Positions 60,471 to 64,000 of a stretch of 64,000 nucleotides of DNA are shown here, one piece after another (position 1 is the stretch's first letter; every line of letters starts with the position of its first letter). Both the position numbers and the translations under genes were made by a program. The stretch lies in assembly GCF_009914755.1 (NCBI RefSeq), contig NC_060925.1, one strand, 5' to 3'. Origin of the DNA: the human T2T-CHM13v2.0 reference genome, Homo sapiens. The notes beneath the pieces are model-generated. The model had not been told where the DNA came from, ran no database searches, and saw only the letters and a list, made by a program, of their open reading frames with translations.

Positions 60471-62186
60471 AACCATAAGAGTACAAACCCTGGTACATAT
60501 TAGGTATTCAAATGTTTCCATGAATGAATGGTAAAGATACGTATTTTTATGTTTTTCAAGATACAACAATAAAGCACAGAGAGATTAAGTATGCTTCCCA
60601 AGGTTACACAGCTATTGGATTCTAGCCAGATCTGCCTGACTCTAAAGTTTATGCTTTTAACATATAGCGCATGGCAGATATTTAAACGATATAATTTCCT
60701 TCCCTTTCCCTATAGTGGTTCAGAGGAAGGAGATTCTATTTTCAACAGGAGGAGATTAAGGAAGGGTTCACCGAGACGGTGGTGTTTGAACTGAGCCGTG
60801 GAGAATAGGGAGGATTTGGGAAGGTCGAAAGGAGGAGAGGAGTTCGTTCTGGAAAGGGGAATGGTAGAAAGGAAGGCAGACAGGGAAGTACAAGGTGTGT
60901 CCTGGGAATAATGGGTAGGTCATTTAGAGAAGGGATGGTAAAGGTCTATGTCTAGGAAAGGTAGGCTAGGAGCAATGGAGGGGCACCTTGAATGCCATGT
61001 AGGTAGGTGGCAGTCTCTCCAGTATGCAGCATGGAGCCGCTGAAAAGTGAGCTGTGCACAGGTGAGGGCTGAGCAAGTGCAGTGCCTCCGAAGATGGCCT
61101 GGGTGGTGCTATGCCAGGTGGGCCAGAGCCACAGGGAACCACTTGAGGCTGGAGGCCAATTAGGAGGAATTTGGGGTGGTTCAAATGACAAAATAAGAAT
61201 GTGCTGGCCCAGCTGGGTACATAGCCCCAGGAAGAGAGCATGGACAGCACAGGGGACTGCCTGGTGAGGAGAATGAAGCAGCTTATGGATGTCAGAGTAG
61301 GCAGGGCCCAGGAGACCAGGACAGACAGCCCCAGTAAGCAGGAATGGTCTGGGCATCAGTATAGGGATAGGGACTCCTGTGTCCAGGATGACAGGCTGAG
61401 CCCCAGGTTCAGGAAGCCCGGGGAGGAGAGCATAAGGAGCAGCCAGGCACTGAGGTTCACGTACGCAAGTGAGATCCTGGGGAAGATCAACAAAGCTCTG
61501 GAGGCCACTTCCAACCTAGGTTATTTTTGAGCAGCAGTGCTTAAACTGAATGTCAGGCATGTTATTCCTTCAGCAACATTGTCGGTTTTGTATTTTTTGA
61601 CCCCTGCAAGGTCTGTGTGCATATGTGGGCCTTGTATGTTGAGAAATAATGCTATGCTAAAATCTGTTAGCAGCTGGAGCAGAGTGTCCTGGCTGGAGAG
61701 GAGTTGCCAGTGAAGGGGTAGAGTGGTACAGGGACCTAAGTAATAGTCAGACCCTGCACCAGAGGGTTGTCACTGGCATTGGAGCAAGGGGATGACCTGG
61801 TAGTAGAATCATGTTAGGAAGCTTAATCAAACAATCCCAAAGACTAGATTGGGTAGCACTGACACCTTCCTCTCCCCACCTCACCTCTGTGTGGCAAACT
61901 TGCCCACTCCTCCTCATCCGTCCATCACTTCTCAGCTTAAGCATTGACTCCCTAAGCCCTTCCCTGACCCTGCCTTCAACCCCTGCCCAAATGTCAGCCC
62001 TTCTTCCTTTGAACCACCCCTGCCCCCACCTCCCCTCCTTTAACCCCCCTCCATCAGAGCACTGTTCTCTCAAATGGTACCTTCCCCTTACATAGACTGT
62101 GTGCAATTTCAGCTCAGCCATCATGGCTTTTATCCTTATATCCTCAGCACAGTCCCCAGCATGTTAGGTCCTCATTGCATGTTTGC

Positions 62187-62215
62187 TGAGTGAGTGAGTG
62201 AGTGAGTGAGTGAGT
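62187..62215 (+). repeat. (TGAG)n microsatellite at an L2 tail
   Basis: TGAG repeated about 7 times. Confidence 0.85.
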
Positions 62216-62377
62216 ACTGCACATATGCACTGCATTAGTGATTACTCACCTCTATGCCTTTCTCCTCCAGACCTCTGAGCAACTCCAGGGAGGGACTGGG
62301 TCTGATTCATCTTTTTCCAACTCAGGACCTGGAACACAATGGGTGCTCAGTAGAAGTCTGTGAAAAAAAAATCTTAT

Positions 62378-62679
<302 letters not shown>

Positions 62680-62992
62680 TGATGAAGTCCTCCAGAGTTG
62701 TAACTGGCCACAGCTTCTTCCAATATCGGCCTAAGTTAGAGTCCTTCTGCATTTATTCAGTAACAACTAACAGCGTGGAAGAGGCAGTGGGAACGTGACT
62801 CTGTGACTGCATTTGGTTTGTTATAGGATCATGTGATAACAATGAAACTACATGCCTCAAGGTAATTTCAGATATACCAGACTCATAACAGGTGCGCACA
62901 AAAAAAATGTCTGTTGAATGAATGTATTATTATTTTTTTAACCAGGCGCTTCAAAATAGTCTTCCTATAACTCCAAATGTAGAGAATGCGTA

Positions 62993-63018
62993 TGCAATGA
63001 TTTCCCACTAGGGAGCAC
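62993..63018 (+). promoter_or_regulatory. Candidate CTCF site with upstream motif
   Basis: TGCAAT-N6-CCACTAGGGAGCAC. Confidence 0.55.
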
Positions 63019-64000
63019 TGTTTCACATGGTCAGAGTAGACGGGAAGTTAAGGGAGAGAAGAAATTCGCACGCCTTCAGTTTCCACTGAAACTCCGCCCG
63101 AGGGAGGGAAGGAAAGTTCCTACGGGTCCTACATGTGGTCCTAAACAGTGGGTGACCGGAGAGGATTAGAGAGTAATTTCTTTGAGTTTGAGTATACCAA
63201 ATTGCAAAACCAGAGTGAGGCCCTAGGATGCTGGCAGCAGTCAGCATGGAGAAGCAGCCTGTGTCCAAGAGGAGCCTGAGTGACTGCGGGGAGAAGAGTT
63301 TAGTAGGTGACAGGGACTGATCTCAAAAGGGCAGGGTTGGTTTGTTTCTTTAAACAAATATTTACTGAATATCTGTGATGTGCCAAGAACTGTACCAGAC
63401 ACCGGGGTTTTGTGTTTGCTTGTTTGCACTGAGAAGGGGAAAACTGAATGTCTTGGAAGAAGGGTCAGGGGTGCCCACTCCACTCCCATGTGGCATGTGT
63501 GTGGGGCAGAGTGGGAGGTTATTGGCATCCTTCCCTTAGAAAGCTACAGGGAAAGTGGCATCCTCAGGACAACAGGAGGCGGAGGGGCTTAGGGGGCCTG
63601 GCGATTGTTTATCTTACAGTGGGTGTCAGTGATGGAGGAAGCTGCTGGTGGTGTCACCTCCTTTTCTATGAAGAACGCTACCTTCCCCCACCAACCTGCC
63701 TGACCAGTGAGTCAGGTTAGCCACGTCCTCTGCTCTCCTTCCCATTATGAGAGTGTCCCTGGTTCCTATCACAGGCCCTCTCTTCTGCTTATTCTCTGAA
63801 GCACATTCCCTCAAAGACTTCCCTTCTGTAGCTCACCTCTCCCTTTTTCTCTGCTGGACCATCTCCATTGACGTGCAAATATGCTCTCTATCTTCCATTG
63901 TTAAAAGAGCCCCTCTTTGAGAATTTATGGATTAAAAGAGACTTAAAAGACATGTACCAAAAAGGTAAAATTATAGCATTTAGGGATGTACACCCCTCCT

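Overview
Human genomic DNA (Alu-dense, about 55 Alu-family copies by my count), recognisable from the translated exons as the RNF220 / TMEM53 / ARMH1 (C1orf228) locus. On the + strand are the last five coding exons of RNF220 (C-terminal RING finger, stop at 5699-5701) and its 3'UTR. On the - strand is the complete three-exon TMEM53 CDS (277 aa, 29337 to 9498), convergent with RNF220. A CpG-rich bidirectional promoter at about 29.05-29.86 kb is shared with ARMH1 (+), whose first five coding exons (44640-59112) are in the window; the gene continues beyond it. All exons were assembled by hand and their phases add up. The most notable observations are: (1) a U12-type (minor spliceosome) GT-AG intron in ARMH1 (44846-52041); (2) an apparently intact Ser-Asp-His alpha/beta-hydrolase triad in TMEM53; (3) a candidate RING-truncating alternative exon in the last RNF220 intron; (4) recurrent repeat-free islands rich in PBX-HOX/homeobox motifs across all three genes; (5) a mirror-symmetric CCAAT/RFX bidirectional promoter; (6) nested inverted Alus whose target-site duplication copied an intron branch point; (7) a 5S rRNA pseudogene and an L2-derived poly(A) signal. 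I found no CRISPR array, prokaryotic or foreign insert, or demonstrably new biological system. The novel-looking items are hypotheses that need conservation or RNA-seq checks, and repeat subfamily calls are made by eye.
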